DNA of 64,000 nt, taken from NCBI GenBank assembly GCA_910588545.1, contig CAJUOU010000003.1, forward strand, positions 54,248 to 118,247, read 5' to 3'. A program made the position numbers and the translations under genes. The notes below the pieces were generated by a model, which worked only from the letters and a program-made list of their open reading frames with translations, was not told the origin of the DNA and searched no databases. The DNA is from an uncultured Christensenellaceae bacterium. Lineage in GTDB: Bacteria > Bacillota > Clostridia > Christensenellales > UBA3700. Positions 28,224-39,351 of the stretch are shown here, one piece after another (the first letter of the stretch is position 1; each line of letters starts with the position of its first letter).

Positions 28224-30134
28224 TTAATTATTATTTTGTTTTGTCAAAATATTTTGCACTGCGTTCATAAATTTTTCTCTGCTACTTTTTACAAAATCTT
28301 TGTCCCTCTTTTTCAAAATTTCGTTGATTTTTTGGATAAGTTCGTCTTTTGTAGCCTTTTTAGGGATAACCACAACCACACCCGAGCAATCTGCTATTGC
28401 GGAAAATTCTTCCCCTACAATATTATCATACCTCTTTAACATATCAACTAATTGAGCGTAAGTTTCATTACTTAAACCGTTAGCATCAAAAATCAAAGCC
28501 TCGGTAGTTTTCATAAGTGGGTTATATTCATCCCAATTAACAGGCACGCTGTACATTCTTCCGTTACCTGCAACACGCGGCACAAAATCCGTCCTTGTGG
28601 TAATGCTGTAAGAATATGCGTAAATCATAATGCAATCTACTTCGCCTATACTCGATATAAACTTTACTTTAGGGATAACCCTTGTAGCACTTCCTTTTGC
28701 ACCGATATAATTGTCAGGCAAAATGTTTACTAGCATTTCCGCCTCTCTAGCCGCGATATTAGTCTCTGAGCTCAAGTCAATATCCATATCATTTGGTTTG
28801 AACTGTTGATAAAGCGGTATGCTAAGCAACGGAGCAAGCATAAAATACAAGTTTTTAAAGAAATTGCAGTTGTAATTGGTAAACATTTGTTTTGCCAAAT
28901 CCACACTATAAGACGAAATATTCCTGCCTGCAAGCATATCCCATGTATCCCCGTGATGGGAATATATAGTATTTAGTTTGCCTTGCTTTGCAAAATAAAA
29001 ATCGTCGCCATAAGGGCTATCTTTAACCAAATCGATGGTATTCCTTTGTGCAAGCGGAGTAAATAACAATCTAAATTGATTTTCGTTATCTCTGTCAAAA
29101 GCCCCAAATAACACATCGAACTCAGTATCCGACATTGCAACAAACGAGCCATCTCCGTGTTTCATATCATCTTCGGCAATCTTGGCAAGTTTTTTCTCGC
29201 CGCGTTTTACCATTCGTTCAATCTGTTTGTCGTCTTTACCATGAGCTTGCGGTTTTCTTGAAAAATTTAAGTCAGGTGCAGACTCATTGCAATATACCAA
29301 AAATGTTTCGGTGTCATAAAAAGGACATGGCTTGGTAACTGTGGCAATCAATGTTTGACTGTGCGTTACGGTATAAGTTTTTCCTTGTGAGTCACGTCTG
29401 GTTTCCGTCCAAGTGACAACCAAACTACCCTCGTATGTCTTCATACCCATTTCCACTTCAAGCTCCCTTGAAATCACAAAAGGGTTACCCGTGATAGTTC
29501 CTACTACCATATTAATTGTGGAACTGTTGTCATTTGAAAAATACGGGAATTTATAGTACTTGTGTAAATATACTTCATGCAAAACGCTGTAATATCTATC
29601 AATCTGAATTACGGTATCCAAATCATTTACCATATTATTTGTTATATCGCTATTAAATAATTTGTTAAGCGGCGCCATTTGTTTCCACGCCTCTTCCAAT
29701 ATCAAATCCGCATTTTGTTTTAAAACTTTAACCACCTCTTTAAGTGCCTTAATCTTTTTATTAAGCACTAAAGTTATAGTCAAAATTGAAACAATCATAA
29801 CAACCGGTCCAATAACAGCGGTCAAAACCCCTGCAAGAATTGAAGAATCAGTGGTAATAGCGCCGTATATCATGAGTCCACCGATAACTGCAGCAACCCC
29901 ACCGACAATGCTCAAAAAGATAAGAAAACTTCTCCATCCTCTTAAAGTATGTAGTTTCTTCTTTTCCTTTTTATATTCAACATCTGCCTCATCATACATT
30001 TTGACAGTATTTCTGTTTTTTTCTACATCGATATTACTCTTTTTTACTAAGTCTTCAAAAGTCTTATCCACAGAATCGTCAAACTGTTTTTGATACCTTG
30101 AATATTCTTTTAATGGCTCTAATATCTCTTTCAT
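28224..30134 (-). CDS. Hypothetical 636-aa membrane protein co-transcribed with lemA
   Basis: Coiled-coil N-terminus, two TM helices (aa ~70-125), and a large C-terminal domain with no motif I recognise. 78-nt gap to lemA. Confidence 0.6.
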   Translation of the reverse strand: MKEILEPLKEYSRYQKQFDDSVDKTFEDLVKKSNIDVEKNRNTVKMYDEADVEYKKEKKKLHTLRGWRSFLIFLSIVGGVAAVIGGLMIYGAITTDSSILAGVLTAVIGPVVMIVSILTITLVLNKKIKALKEVVKVLKQNADLILEEAWKQMAPLNKLFNSDITNNMVNDLDTVIQIDRYYSVLHEVYLHKYYKFPYFSNDNSSTINMVVGTITGNPFVISRELEVEMGMKTYEGSLVVTWTETRRDSQGKTYTVTHSQTLIATVTKPCPFYDTETFLVYCNESAPDLNFSRKPQAHGKDDKQIERMVKRGEKKLAKIAEDDMKHGDGSFVAMSDTEFDVLFGAFDRDNENQFRLLFTPLAQRNTIDLVKDSPYGDDFYFAKQGKLNTIYSHHGDTWDMLAGRNISSYSVDLAKQMFTNYNCNFFKNLYFMLAPLLSIPLYQQFKPNDMDIDLSSETNIAAREAEMLVNILPDNYIGAKGSATRVIPKVKFISSIGEVDCIMIYAYSYSITTRTDFVPRVAGNGRMYSVPVNWDEYNPLMKTTEALIFDANGLSNETYAQLVDMLKRYDNIVGEEFSAIADCSGVVVVIPKKATKDELIQKINEILKKRDKDFVKSSREKFMNAVQNILTKQNNN

Positions 30135-30386
30135 TTTCGCCTCGCAAATATAAATAAAGCCTTTTTATAATATATTTTTATTTTAACAAATTTATTTGCT
30201 TTTGTCAAGAATTGCAATATATTGTAACATTTAAGTGATTTTTCGTCTGCAAAACAACCACTTTTTTACACACAAATAAAGTTTACCCACGATTTTCAAC
30301 TGTTTTTTTGCAATTTTTCTTTTTGCATTAACTTTGTTAATAAAAAATAAAAAAAGCCCTAATTTAATAGAGCTTTTTATCATAAA

Positions 30387-30893
30387 TTAAAATCCAAAAC
30401 TAAAGCTTGAAGTCACTGTAGAAGTTACAACTGAACAGCTTGTTACATTTTCAACATCGCTCTTGCTTACAGATAAAAGAGTTTGACGAACTTCATAAAA
30501 CTCAGCCAAATCTTCATCTTTACGATTTCTCGAAAGTTGAATAGTAAGTTTATCTCCGTCAACAGCAACTTTCTTAATTTCGTAAGTTTCATAATCAATT
30601 ACACTATGGCTTAAAACAAGCACGGCTCTTTCCTCAAAAAATTCTTCTGTAAATTTTTCTATCTCTTGAATTTCATAGTCCGTTTCTTCTCCGGCCAAAA
30701 AAGTTATCAACTCGTCTCTGCTTCTAACAAGTGTTGCTGCTGTATAATCTTCTGCTCTTCCATGGTCTGCTGTAGAGAAAATAGCAACTTCTTCATCAGT
30801 AAATTCGATAGGGGTACCTTTTACACAACCAACTAAGCAAGTCGCTAATATTACTACCAAAATTACTATTGTAAACAAACTAAATTTTTTCAT
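30387..30893 (-). CDS. Hypothetical lipoprotein
   Basis: AAGGAG RBS and a signal peptide with lipobox LVGC. Confidence 0.65.
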   Translation of the reverse strand: MKKFSLFTIVILVVILATCLVGCVKGTPIEFTDEEVAIFSTADHGRAEDYTAATLVRSRDELITFLAGEETDYEIQEIEKFTEEFFEERAVLVLSHSVIDYETYEIKKVAVDGDKLTIQLSRNRKDEDLAEFYEVRQTLLSVSKSDVENVTSCSVVTSTVTSSFSFGF

Positions 30894-31096
30894 AAAATTA
30901 AACTCCTTAAAAAATTGAATTATATTAGATGCTTATCATTATACATAATTTATCGAAATTTGTCAAATATTTTGTCTTAATTATTATACATATAACCATT
31001 GGTTTGTTAAATTTTGACAATTACATTTACACAAACTATACATAATTGTTTTTTTTCTAGCCATATATATACTAATATTCAGCATTCAATGTAGTA

Positions 31097-31567
31097 TTAT
31101 TTATTCAGTATTTCTATCGCTTTTTTCACATGTTCCTCTTCTAGTCCAAACCTAAAATGAGGCTCGGTTTTTACGTAGTTTGCTTGCAAATCTCCCCAAC
31201 CATATTGGTAATCATCTATTATCACAAAGCTTTCTACTCCGTCCGCATACTCAAGCCAATCTTTTATTTCGTTATATCGCTCTGCCATAATCCCCAAATA
31301 TGGTGTTTTATCATAAATAGTAAGCCCGTATTTAGCAAAAGTATCAACCATGTATTTCCCAAAGTTGTCGCACAGAATTTCGTTTTTGTCCCAATGAACA
31401 CGCCATGTAGTGCTTAAAACAATAACGGCATCTGTGCTATCTACAATTTGCTTGAGCAAAGGCAATCTGCTCTCGTCAATAAAGTCGCTCCTGCCATCCC
31501 GCATACGCAATCTATCAAACTTTATACTATTTAAAACTCCGTCAATATCCAAAAATATAACTTTCAT
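31097..31567 (-). CDS. HAD-like hydrolase (small stand-alone HAD phosphatase type)
   Basis: MKVIFLDIDGVLNS (DxDG nucleophile motif), LSTTWR, IIDD. Start moved to ATG 31567, which has an AGGTGGGG RBS. Confidence 0.7.
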   Translation of the reverse strand: MKVIFLDIDGVLNSIKFDRLRMRDGRSDFIDESRLPLLKQIVDSTDAVIVLSTTWRVHWDKNEILCDNFGKYMVDTFAKYGLTIYDKTPYLGIMAERYNEIKDWLEYADGVESFVIIDDYQYGWGDLQANYVKTEPHFRFGLEEEHVKKAIEILNK

Positions 31568-31708
31568 ACCCCACCTTTGTTGTATAATAACATTATATAA
31601 CAAAATCAACTTTTTGTTACAATAATTTTCACAATTTTAAAATTACCCCCGATTTTCAGGGGCAAAATTATAATTTTATTAAATTCTAATCTTGGTCAAT
31701 TTGTTTGT

Positions 31709-32461
31709 TTATAATTTTAAAAACAGAAGAATGTTTCTAAACCTTCTTAAATTGTTATATTTTTGAGCATCCTCGTCATTTACATTAGGCGAAGATATTT
31801 TCTCTCCATCCAATTTGATAGTAAACATTACCGTAAAAATCACATTAAATATGGATGTTATATCCATTGTAATATACAGTTTATCAGTACGTACAAGTAT
31901 ATCGCAGATATCTCTATCTTTTAGTCCTATGTCAAATGAAACGCAATTATAGCCTCTATCCAATATATTGGAGGCATAATCGGTAGGAACAGGCTTTTTG
32001 CTGCTTATGTCAAGCAAAATTTCATTGCTTTTGTCCTTTGCTATTACAGAATAAATGTCCGCCTTATACATAGGCTTATTTATATAGTCGCTTACTTTCA
32101 TTACAAATCTAAAATATTTATTGCTTTCATTTTGCTGTAGAACATTGGCATAATCAATACTATCGTCCGAATCAAAAGTGGTAATTCTATTGCCTATATC
32201 TATTAGCGAATAGTTATTTGTTATATAAACATCATCTTTCTTAAATAATGTGTCGTTTATCTCATTTTGTCTTTCGTTTTGGCGATAAATCCCCATTGAG
32301 AAAAACACACTTGACATTAAACTTAAAAAAGCAATAATCAATGAAGAAATAGATAACGCATCATATACGTAGTCGATTTCCTAAAAAAAGCTACACACTG
32401 TAATTGCAATAATGTTTACAAACAAAACAATTTCGGAAACAACCGAAAAAGAAATCAACAT
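31709..32461 (-). pseudogene. Membrane protein ORF interrupted by one in-frame TAG (26 codons + TAG + 223 codons)
   Basis: Codon-by-codon reading upstream of the track ORF (TTG at 32341) stays open to a TAG at 32381-32383. It then continues open, in the same frame, to ATG at 32459-32461 (MLISFSVVSEIVLFVNIIAITVCSFF). Confidence 0.45.
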
Positions 32462-32681
32462 TTTTTTGTTTTTTCCGGTCTTTTTATACCGTCTTTCCTC
32501 TTAAATTTCTTTAGCATACCTCATTTGTATTCCATTTATAACTATATGTCTATTTTAATTATAAACTATTTTTTGCCTTTGTAAATATACAATATTTTAC
32601 AATAGACTTATATAAAATCATCTTTCATATAAAACATAAAAATTAAAAAAGCGCACCCATATAGATGCGTTTTAATTGTAA

Positions 32682-33032
32682 TGGTGGAACTGACGGGAGT
32701 TGAACCCGTGTCCAAACGGGGATTGACTATGCTTTCTTCGTGCGCAGTGCAAATTTTGAATTTTTCGCGATGTCGCCTTTTGCACAAGCTACATTTTGAT
32801 GAGGTGTTAATTTATCTTATTGCTCCACACCAAAAGCAATAAGACCTTCCTATCTAAATGATGCCACTTACCTATCCGATAGGTCTATAGGGGTGACAAG
32901 CTCGCTAATTAAGCAGCGAAAGCTAATTGATTATTATTTTTTGCGTTTATATTTAACGTTCGTTTTTACGTAGTCGAACCTACGGCACGCTTACACAATC
33001 TCACACCCACTTGTCGAATCCGTAACAGCCCC
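32682..33032 (-). ncRNA. ssrA: tmRNA (SsrA)
   Basis: 5' GGGGCTGTTACGGATTCGACAAG... and 3' ...GGACACGGGTTCAACTCCCGTCAGTTCCACCA (T-arm, acceptor, CCA). Tag reading frame GCA AAA AAT AAT AAT CAA TTA GCT TTC GCT GCT TAA (32909-32944) gives AKNNNQLAFAA. Confidence 0.93.
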
Positions 33033-33214
33033 AAGAAAGTTTGATTGCAAAAAATATTTTATAGCAATGACAAATTAACAATAGATTTATGTAATTTTTA
33101 TAAATTTACAATTATTTTTGATTATTGCCACTATATAACATATTCATAATAGCAAAATAAATTTAAAAAATCAAGTCTTTTTTTAATTTGACCTAAAAAC
33201 TCAAATATAAAATA

Positions 33215-33252
33215 ACAAAAAATGGACTAAACTAAGTTAGTCCATTTTTTTG
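33215..33252. terminator. Terminator after gap
   Basis: TGGACTAA-actaag-TTAGTCCA flanked by A-run and T-run. Confidence 0.7.
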
Positions 33253-33294
33253 TTTAATATCTAATTTTAAAGTTTAATTACTCAAATGATAATC

Positions 33295-34317
33295 TTAGAA
33301 AAATTTAGCGAAGTGCTTAATTGTTCTAACCATTTGGCTTGTATAAGAGTTTTCGTTATCATACCAAGATACAACTTGTACTTGAGAGTAACCATTACCC
33401 ATATCCATAACCATAGTTTGAGTAGCATCGAACAAGCTACCGAATCTCATACCGATAACGTCGCTAGAAACGATTTCGTCCTCAGTATAACCAAAAGACT
33501 CGTTAGATTGAGCTTTCATAGCAGCATTGATTTCGTCCTTAGTAGGAGTGCCTTTAACAACTGCAACCAAAATAGTTGTAGAACCTGTTGGAGTTGGAAC
33601 TCTTTGAGCAGAACCGATAAGTTTGCCGTTTAACTCTGGGATAACCAAACCGATAGCTTTAGCAGCACCTGTAGAGTTAGGAACGATGTTAACAGCAGCA
33701 GCTCTTGAACGACGAAGGTCACCCTTTCTTTGAGGTCCGTCCAAAGTCATTTGGTCGCCTGTGTAAGCGTGAATAGTGCTCATGATACCAGATTGAACAG
33801 CCCAATTATCATTTAGAGCTTTAGCCATTGGAGCCAAGCAGTTAGTTGTGCAAGATGCAGCAGAGATAATGTGGTCATCAGCAGTAATCTTGTCATGGTT
33901 AACATTGTAAACGATAGTTGGAAGGTCATTACCTGCAGGAGCAGAAATAACAACTTTCTTAGCACCAGCATCAATATGAGCTTGAGCTTTTGCTTTAGAA
34001 GTATAGAAACCTGTGCACTCTAAAACAACGTCAACACCGATTTGTCCCCAAGGAAGCTCAGCAGCGTTTGCTTTAGCGTAAATTTTAATCTCTTTTCCAT
34101 CAACAATGATAGAATCCTCAGTAGCAGAAACAGTATCAGCCAAAGCATATTTACCTTGAGATGAATCATACTTCAAAAGGTGAGCAAGCATTTTAGGGCT
34201 TGTCAAATCGTTGATTGCTACTACTTCAAAACCCTCAGCACCAAACATTTGTCTGAATGCAAGACGACCGATACGGCCAAAGCCGTTAATAGCTACTTTT
34301 ACAGTTTTTTTAGCCAT
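33295..34317 (-). CDS. gap: Type I glyceraldehyde-3-phosphate dehydrogenase
   Basis: [18 protein letters not shown] (catalytic Cys) and WYDNE motifs. 340 aa. Confidence 0.97.
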   Translation of the reverse strand: MAKKTVKVAINGFGRIGRLAFRQMFGAEGFEVVAINDLTSPKMLAHLLKYDSSQGKYALADTVSATEDSIIVDGKEIKIYAKANAAELPWGQIGVDVVLECTGFYTSKAKAQAHIDAGAKKVVISAPAGNDLPTIVYNVNHDKITADDHIISAASCTTNCLAPMAKALNDNWAVQSGIMSTIHAYTGDQMTLDGPQRKGDLRRSRAAAVNIVPNSTGAAKAIGLVIPELNGKLIGSAQRVPTPTGSTTILVAVVKGTPTKDEINAAMKAQSNESFGYTEDEIVSSDVIGMRFGSLFDATQTMVMDMGNGYSQVQVVSWYDNENSYTSQMVRTIKHFAKFF

Positions 34318-34521
34318 TTATTTATCCTCCAAAATTGCCTATTATAGGCATAATTATTATTGTTTGTATTTATTTTACCAAAAATTAGTCGGTTTGTCTA
34401 GTCTTTTTTACATTTTAAGTTATCTTTTTTTATAAAACCTACCGTAATTTTTTACATTATTAGTTTTTATTGTAATTACTTGTCATTTGTTATAAATTTA
34501 AAATAATTTGCGACATAAAAT

Positions 34522-35625
34522 TTACTTTAAGTTTTCGGGATTTAGACACTTTAATTCGTCTAGCACAAACAAACCGTCCTTACGTACCAAAACATCATCA
34601 AAATAAATTTCGCCACCGCCATACTCTGGTGTTTGAACTTGTACCAAATCCCAATGAATAGCGGATTTGTTACCGTTTGGTGCATCTTCATAGCTTTGTC
34701 CCGGAGTAAAGTGAATAGAGCCGCTAATCTTCTCGTCAAACAAAATATCTCCCATAGCTTTTGTAATATAAGGATTTACCCCCAAAGCAAACTCGCCGAC
34801 ATATCTTGCACCATCATCGGTATTGAAAATTTTGTTTATTGCCTCCGTATTATTTGCGGTAGCATTTACAATCTTGCCGTCCTTAAACTCCAAGCGAACA
34901 TTTTCAAACTTTATCCCCTCTTCAACCGACGGAACATTGTAAGTAATGTAACCGTTTACGCTATCTTTCACAGGTGCGGTATAAACTTCGCCGTCCGGAA
35001 TATTTCTAAGTCCGCTGCATTTGATAGCAGGTATGCCTTTTATAGAAAAAGTTAAATCGGTATCTTTAGCAACAATTCTTACCTTGTCCGTTCTGTTCAT
35101 AAGCTCTACAAGCGGGGTCATAGCTTTATCCATTTTGCTGTAATCTAAAGTACACACATCGAAATAAAAATCTTCGAAAGCCTCTGTACTCATACCCGCT
35201 TGCTGACTCATTGCCTCAGTAGGATACCTTAAAACCACCCATTTTGTATGGTCCACTCTTTGATTAAGCACAGGTCGCATAATGCGGTTATATTCTGCCA
35301 AATCCACATCCGAAAGTTCTTGATTGTTGCCGCCGCCACGGATTGCTATATAAGCTTGCATATCTTTCATACGGTACATTTCCATATCCGCATACTTTTT
35401 GGCAAGCTCCGCACTCATTCCTTTCATCCATTCACGCTTGATACGCAAATCGGTAAGATTAACAAACGGATAAGCTCCCTTTGCATAAACTTCCTTAACA
35501 AGGCTGGCTACTAGTTGATAATCCACGCCCGTTGCTTCGATAAGCACATTTTCCCCTTTTTGAACATCACAGCTAAAATCTACCAATCCGTGAGCTAATT
35601 TTTCTATTCTTTTATCTATCAACAT
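34522..35625 (-). CDS. M29-family aminopeptidase (AmpS/PepS-like)
   Basis: 367 aa with N-terminal LAHGLVDFSCDVQKGENVLI and C-terminal HWDLV...GGEIYFDD blocks, typical of thermophilic metalloprotease M29. Confidence 0.8.
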   Translation of the reverse strand: MLIDKRIEKLAHGLVDFSCDVQKGENVLIEATGVDYQLVASLVKEVYAKGAYPFVNLTDLRIKREWMKGMSAELAKKYADMEMYRMKDMQAYIAIRGGGNNQELSDVDLAEYNRIMRPVLNQRVDHTKWVVLRYPTEAMSQQAGMSTEAFEDFYFDVCTLDYSKMDKAMTPLVELMNRTDKVRIVAKDTDLTFSIKGIPAIKCSGLRNIPDGEVYTAPVKDSVNGYITYNVPSVEEGIKFENVRLEFKDGKIVNATANNTEAINKIFNTDDGARYVGEFALGVNPYITKAMGDILFDEKISGSIHFTPGQSYEDAPNGNKSAIHWDLVQVQTPEYGGGEIYFDDVLVRKDGLFVLDELKCLNPENLK

Positions 35626-35706
35626 AACTTACTCCTCTATTTATAAAGATTATAATTGAATTATAACCTATTATACTACAATTTTTACAAAATTACAATA
35701 CTAAAA

Positions 35707-37614
35707 TTATGCAATTTCTTCGGCTTTTTTACCATTGTAAAGTTCATAATATCTACCGCGCTTTGCAATTAATTGGTCGTGGTTGCCACGCTCGATAATT
35801 TCTCCGTGTTCCAAAACCATAATACAGTCGGAGTTTTGAATAGTCGAAAGCCTGTGTGCAATTACAAAACATGTTCTGCCTTGCATTAAGCTATCCATAC
35901 CTTTTTGTACTAAAATTTCCGTTCTTGTATCTATACTGCTTGTAGCCTCATCCAAAATCATAAGCGGAGTATCCGCAAGTATCGCACGGCTTATAGAAAG
36001 TAACTGTCTTTGACCTTGGGATAACGACGAGCCGTCGCCATCGATAACCGTATCGTATTTGTCAGGCAACATCTCTATAAATTCATGAGCTCCGCCACGC
36101 TTGCAAGCGCTTACCACTTCCTCGTCGGTAGCGTTTGGTCTGCCGTATCGTATGTTTTCAGCAATAGTTCCGCTGAACAAATTAACGTCCTGCAAAACTA
36201 TGCCTAAAGATTTTCTTAAATCTTCCTTTTTTATCTTGTTTATATTGATGCCGTCATATCTGATTTTTCCGTCATCAATATCGTAAAACCTGTTAATCAA
36301 ATTTGTAATTGTAGTTTTACCCGCACCCGTAGAGCCGACTAACGCAATTTTTTCGCCCGGTTGTGCGTTTATTGTTATATCCTTAAGCACTAACTTATCT
36401 TCCACGTAACCGAAGTCAACATGGTCTAGTTCAACCCTGCCTTCAAGTTTTGCATAAGTCAAAGTACCATCGCCATGAGGGTGTTTCCAAGCCCAATCGC
36501 CTTCTTCACACTCTATAAATTCGCCATTTTCTTCCTTACCTTTTACAAGAGTAACATAACCGTTATCTACTTCCTCCTCTTCCGAAAGCAGTTGGAAAAT
36601 ACGTTTAGAGCCCGCAGTTGCCATAGCAAAGTTGTTGATTTGCTCTGCAAATTGGTTGATTGGCATTGTGAAAGACTTGGATAATGGCAAGAATGTTACA
36701 ACCGCAGCAAGTGATGTGCCGCCTACACCCGTGATTACCAAAGCACCGCCAATCAAAGCTATCAAAACATAAAGTAAATGTCCCATACCCATCATAATAG
36801 GCATTATAGTACACGCAAGTTTAACTGCCCTAAAGCTAGCATTACGCCAATTATCGTTGATTTGAGCAAATTCTTTTTTACAAACTTCTTCGTGGTTAAA
36901 TACTTTAACTACTCTTTGACCTCCAATCATTTCCTCTACATAGCTGTTTACTTCGCTTATTGCTTTTTGTTGTCCGGCAAAGTATTTTACCGAACGTTTG
37001 CCGATAAACTGAGCCACAAACAACATTATTCCGCCGTAAACAAGTGTACAAGCTGCCAAAATAGGACTTAATATGAACATGGAAACCACAACTGCGATTA
37101 AAGTTGTAATCAAATTTATAAGTTGCGGTATACCTTGCGACAATAACTGCATCATAGTATCCGTATCGTTGGAAAAATAGCTCATTATATCGCCGTTATT
37201 TTTCCTATCGAAATACTTAACAGGCAATTTTTGCATTTTGATAAACATATCGTTTCTTATGGAACGCATTGTGTTTTGTGAAATGATAATCATTAATTGA
37301 TTGTATACCAAAGCGCTTAGCATACCGGCAGCGTAAATGCCTGCCATATAGCAAATTGCCGTAATAACATTGCTAAAGTCAGGGTTTTCAGTCCCGATTA
37401 GCGGATTGACATAATCGGTAAGCAAGGTTTTGATAAACATCGTTCCCGCAACGGATGCAAGTGCCGAAATCAAAATACCTCCCACCACAAATATAAACAA
37501 AGTTCTATACTTTTTGAAGATTGTTTTGAATATCAACGCGATGGTATTAGGTTGTTTTTGAGATGATTTTTTGTTTGTTACTCCCGATTTTCGAAGGGTT
37601 TTAGTTGTTGTCAT
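35707..37614 (-). CDS. ABC transporter permease/ATP-binding protein (type I exporter half-transporter, subunit B)
   Basis: Six-TM domain plus NBD (GSTGAGKTT, LSQGQRQLLSISRA, ILDEATS). Start at the second ATG (37614), 8 nt from GGAGG. Confidence 0.9.
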   Translation of the reverse strand: MTTTKTLRKSGVTNKKSSQKQPNTIALIFKTIFKKYRTLFIFVVGGILISALASVAGTMFIKTLLTDYVNPLIGTENPDFSNVITAICYMAGIYAAGMLSALVYNQLMIIISQNTMRSIRNDMFIKMQKLPVKYFDRKNNGDIMSYFSNDTDTMMQLLSQGIPQLINLITTLIAVVVSMFILSPILAACTLVYGGIMLFVAQFIGKRSVKYFAGQQKAISEVNSYVEEMIGGQRVVKVFNHEEVCKKEFAQINDNWRNASFRAVKLACTIMPIMMGMGHLLYVLIALIGGALVITGVGGTSLAAVVTFLPLSKSFTMPINQFAEQINNFAMATAGSKRIFQLLSEEEEVDNGYVTLVKGKEENGEFIECEEGDWAWKHPHGDGTLTYAKLEGRVELDHVDFGYVEDKLVLKDITINAQPGEKIALVGSTGAGKTTITNLINRFYDIDDGKIRYDGININKIKKEDLRKSLGIVLQDVNLFSGTIAENIRYGRPNATDEEVVSACKRGGAHEFIEMLPDKYDTVIDGDGSSLSQGQRQLLSISRAILADTPLMILDEATSSIDTRTEILVQKGMDSLMQGRTCFVIAHRLSTIQNSDCIMVLEHGEIIERGNHDQLIAKRGRYYELYNGKKAEEIA

Positions 37615-39340
37615 TGTCATCCCCTCCTTTTACTTGAGATTGATAAACCTCTTGATAAATAGTATTTGTCGCCATCAATTCGTCATGAGTGCCTATACCG
37701 TTTATCTTGCCGTTATCTATAACTATAATTTTATCCGCATCTTGTACGGAAGATATCCTTTGTGCGATTATAAGTTTTGTAGTATTTGCTTTTGTTACCC
37801 TCAAACCTTGTTTTATCTTTCTGTCAGTTGCAGTGTCTACCGCACTTGTAGAGTCGTCCAAAATCAAAATTTTAGGGTCTTTGATTAGTGCCCTTGCAAT
37901 ACATAACCTTTGTCTTTGTCCGCCTGACAAGTTTGCACCGCCTTGCTCTATATGATAATCGTATCCGTTAGGGAAACCGCTTACAAAATCCGTTGCCGAT
38001 GCAATTTCCAATGCCTCTGCAATCTGCTCATCTGTAACGTCGGGATTACCCCATCTCATATTATCGCGTAACGTTCCGCTAAACAAAACATTCTTTTGAA
38101 GCACTACGCTTACGCTGTCTCTCAAAGCTTTTATGTCATATTCTTTTACATTATGTCCGCCTACAATTACCTCGCCGCTTGTAGCATCGTAAAGCCTTGG
38201 AAGCAAGCTTACCAAAGTGGTTTTACCGCTACCCGTACCACCTAAAATACCAATCATTTCGCCGCTCTTAATTGAAAGATTGATATTTTTCATACATTCC
38301 TTACTGCTATCCCCTACATAACTGAAACCTACATTTTTAAATTCGATATCTCCGTTTTCCACATTATAAATAGGATTTTCGGGATTTACTATACTAGGCT
38401 CTTCCTTTAAAACCTCAACAATACGCTCGGCACTTGCTCTTGAAATTGTTATCAAAACAAATACCATCGAAAACATCATCAAACTCATAAGTATTGACAT
38501 TGTGTAAGACATTAAGGAAGTAAGTGCACCTACGCCCAAAGTTCCGTTAACGATTGATTTTGAACATAGCCAACTGATAAGCAACATGCAAGTGTAAATG
38601 CAAAACTGCATAAGCGGAGTGTTTAGTGCAAGCAATCTTTCCGCCCTGCTGTAGTTTTTGTAAATTTCGCCTGAGGCGTCTTCAAATTTATCAATCTCCT
38701 TACCTTGAGAGTTAAAAGACTTTACCACTCTTACGCCTTTTACATTTTCACGCACAACTTTGTTCATCTTATCGTAGCTTTTAAACACTTTTTCGAAAAG
38801 CGGGAATGCAAATCTTATAATAAGTATTAAACCTATTGCAAGTACAGGTGCAACGCCCAAATAAATAAGTGCAATTTTAGGGCTTACGGTAAATGCCATT
38901 ATAATAGATGCGATAAGCATAATAGGGCACCTTGTAGCAAGTCTTGAAACCATTTGATAAGATTGTCTTACATTCATAATATCTGTTGTAAGTCTTGTTA
39001 TTAAGCTGGAAGTAGAAAACTTATCTATATTAGCAAAAGAAAAATTTTGTATATTAGCATACATATCATCCATTAAATTTTTTGCAAAGCCCGTACTGCC
39101 CTTAGTCGCCGACCAACCTGATAGTACACCTAGTATCATTGCCATAGCTGCAAAAGCCAACAAAATAACACTTGCGATGCCGACATAACGCATATTGCCT
39201 TGACTTATTCCATTATCTATCAAGGCCTGCGTAATATATGGTATCATAACATCGATAATAACTTCCAATGCCACAAGGCACGGCGTTATCAAAGTATATT
39301 TTAAAGAGCCTTTTGCATGTTTTAAAAGTTCTTTTATCAT
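37601..39340 (-). CDS. ABC transporter permease/ATP-binding protein (type I exporter half-transporter, subunit A)
   Basis: TMD plus NBD (GGTGSGKTT, LSGGQRQRLCIARA, ILDDSTS). Overlaps its partner, suggesting a heterodimer. Confidence 0.9.
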   Translation of the reverse strand: MIKELLKHAKGSLKYTLITPCLVALEVIIDVMIPYITQALIDNGISQGNMRYVGIASVILLAFAAMAMILGVLSGWSATKGSTGFAKNLMDDMYANIQNFSFANIDKFSTSSLITRLTTDIMNVRQSYQMVSRLATRCPIMLIASIIMAFTVSPKIALIYLGVAPVLAIGLILIIRFAFPLFEKVFKSYDKMNKVVRENVKGVRVVKSFNSQGKEIDKFEDASGEIYKNYSRAERLLALNTPLMQFCIYTCMLLISWLCSKSIVNGTLGVGALTSLMSYTMSILMSLMMFSMVFVLITISRASAERIVEVLKEEPSIVNPENPIYNVENGDIEFKNVGFSYVGDSSKECMKNINLSIKSGEMIGILGGTGSGKTTLVSLLPRLYDATSGEVIVGGHNVKEYDIKALRDSVSVVLQKNVLFSGTLRDNMRWGNPDVTDEQIAEALEIASATDFVSGFPNGYDYHIEQGGANLSGGQRQRLCIARALIKDPKILILDDSTSAVDTATDRKIKQGLRVTKANTTKLIIAQRISSVQDADKIIVIDNGKINGIGTHDELMATNTIYQEVYQSQVKGGDDNDNN

Positions 39341-39351
39341 TTAAGCCTCCT

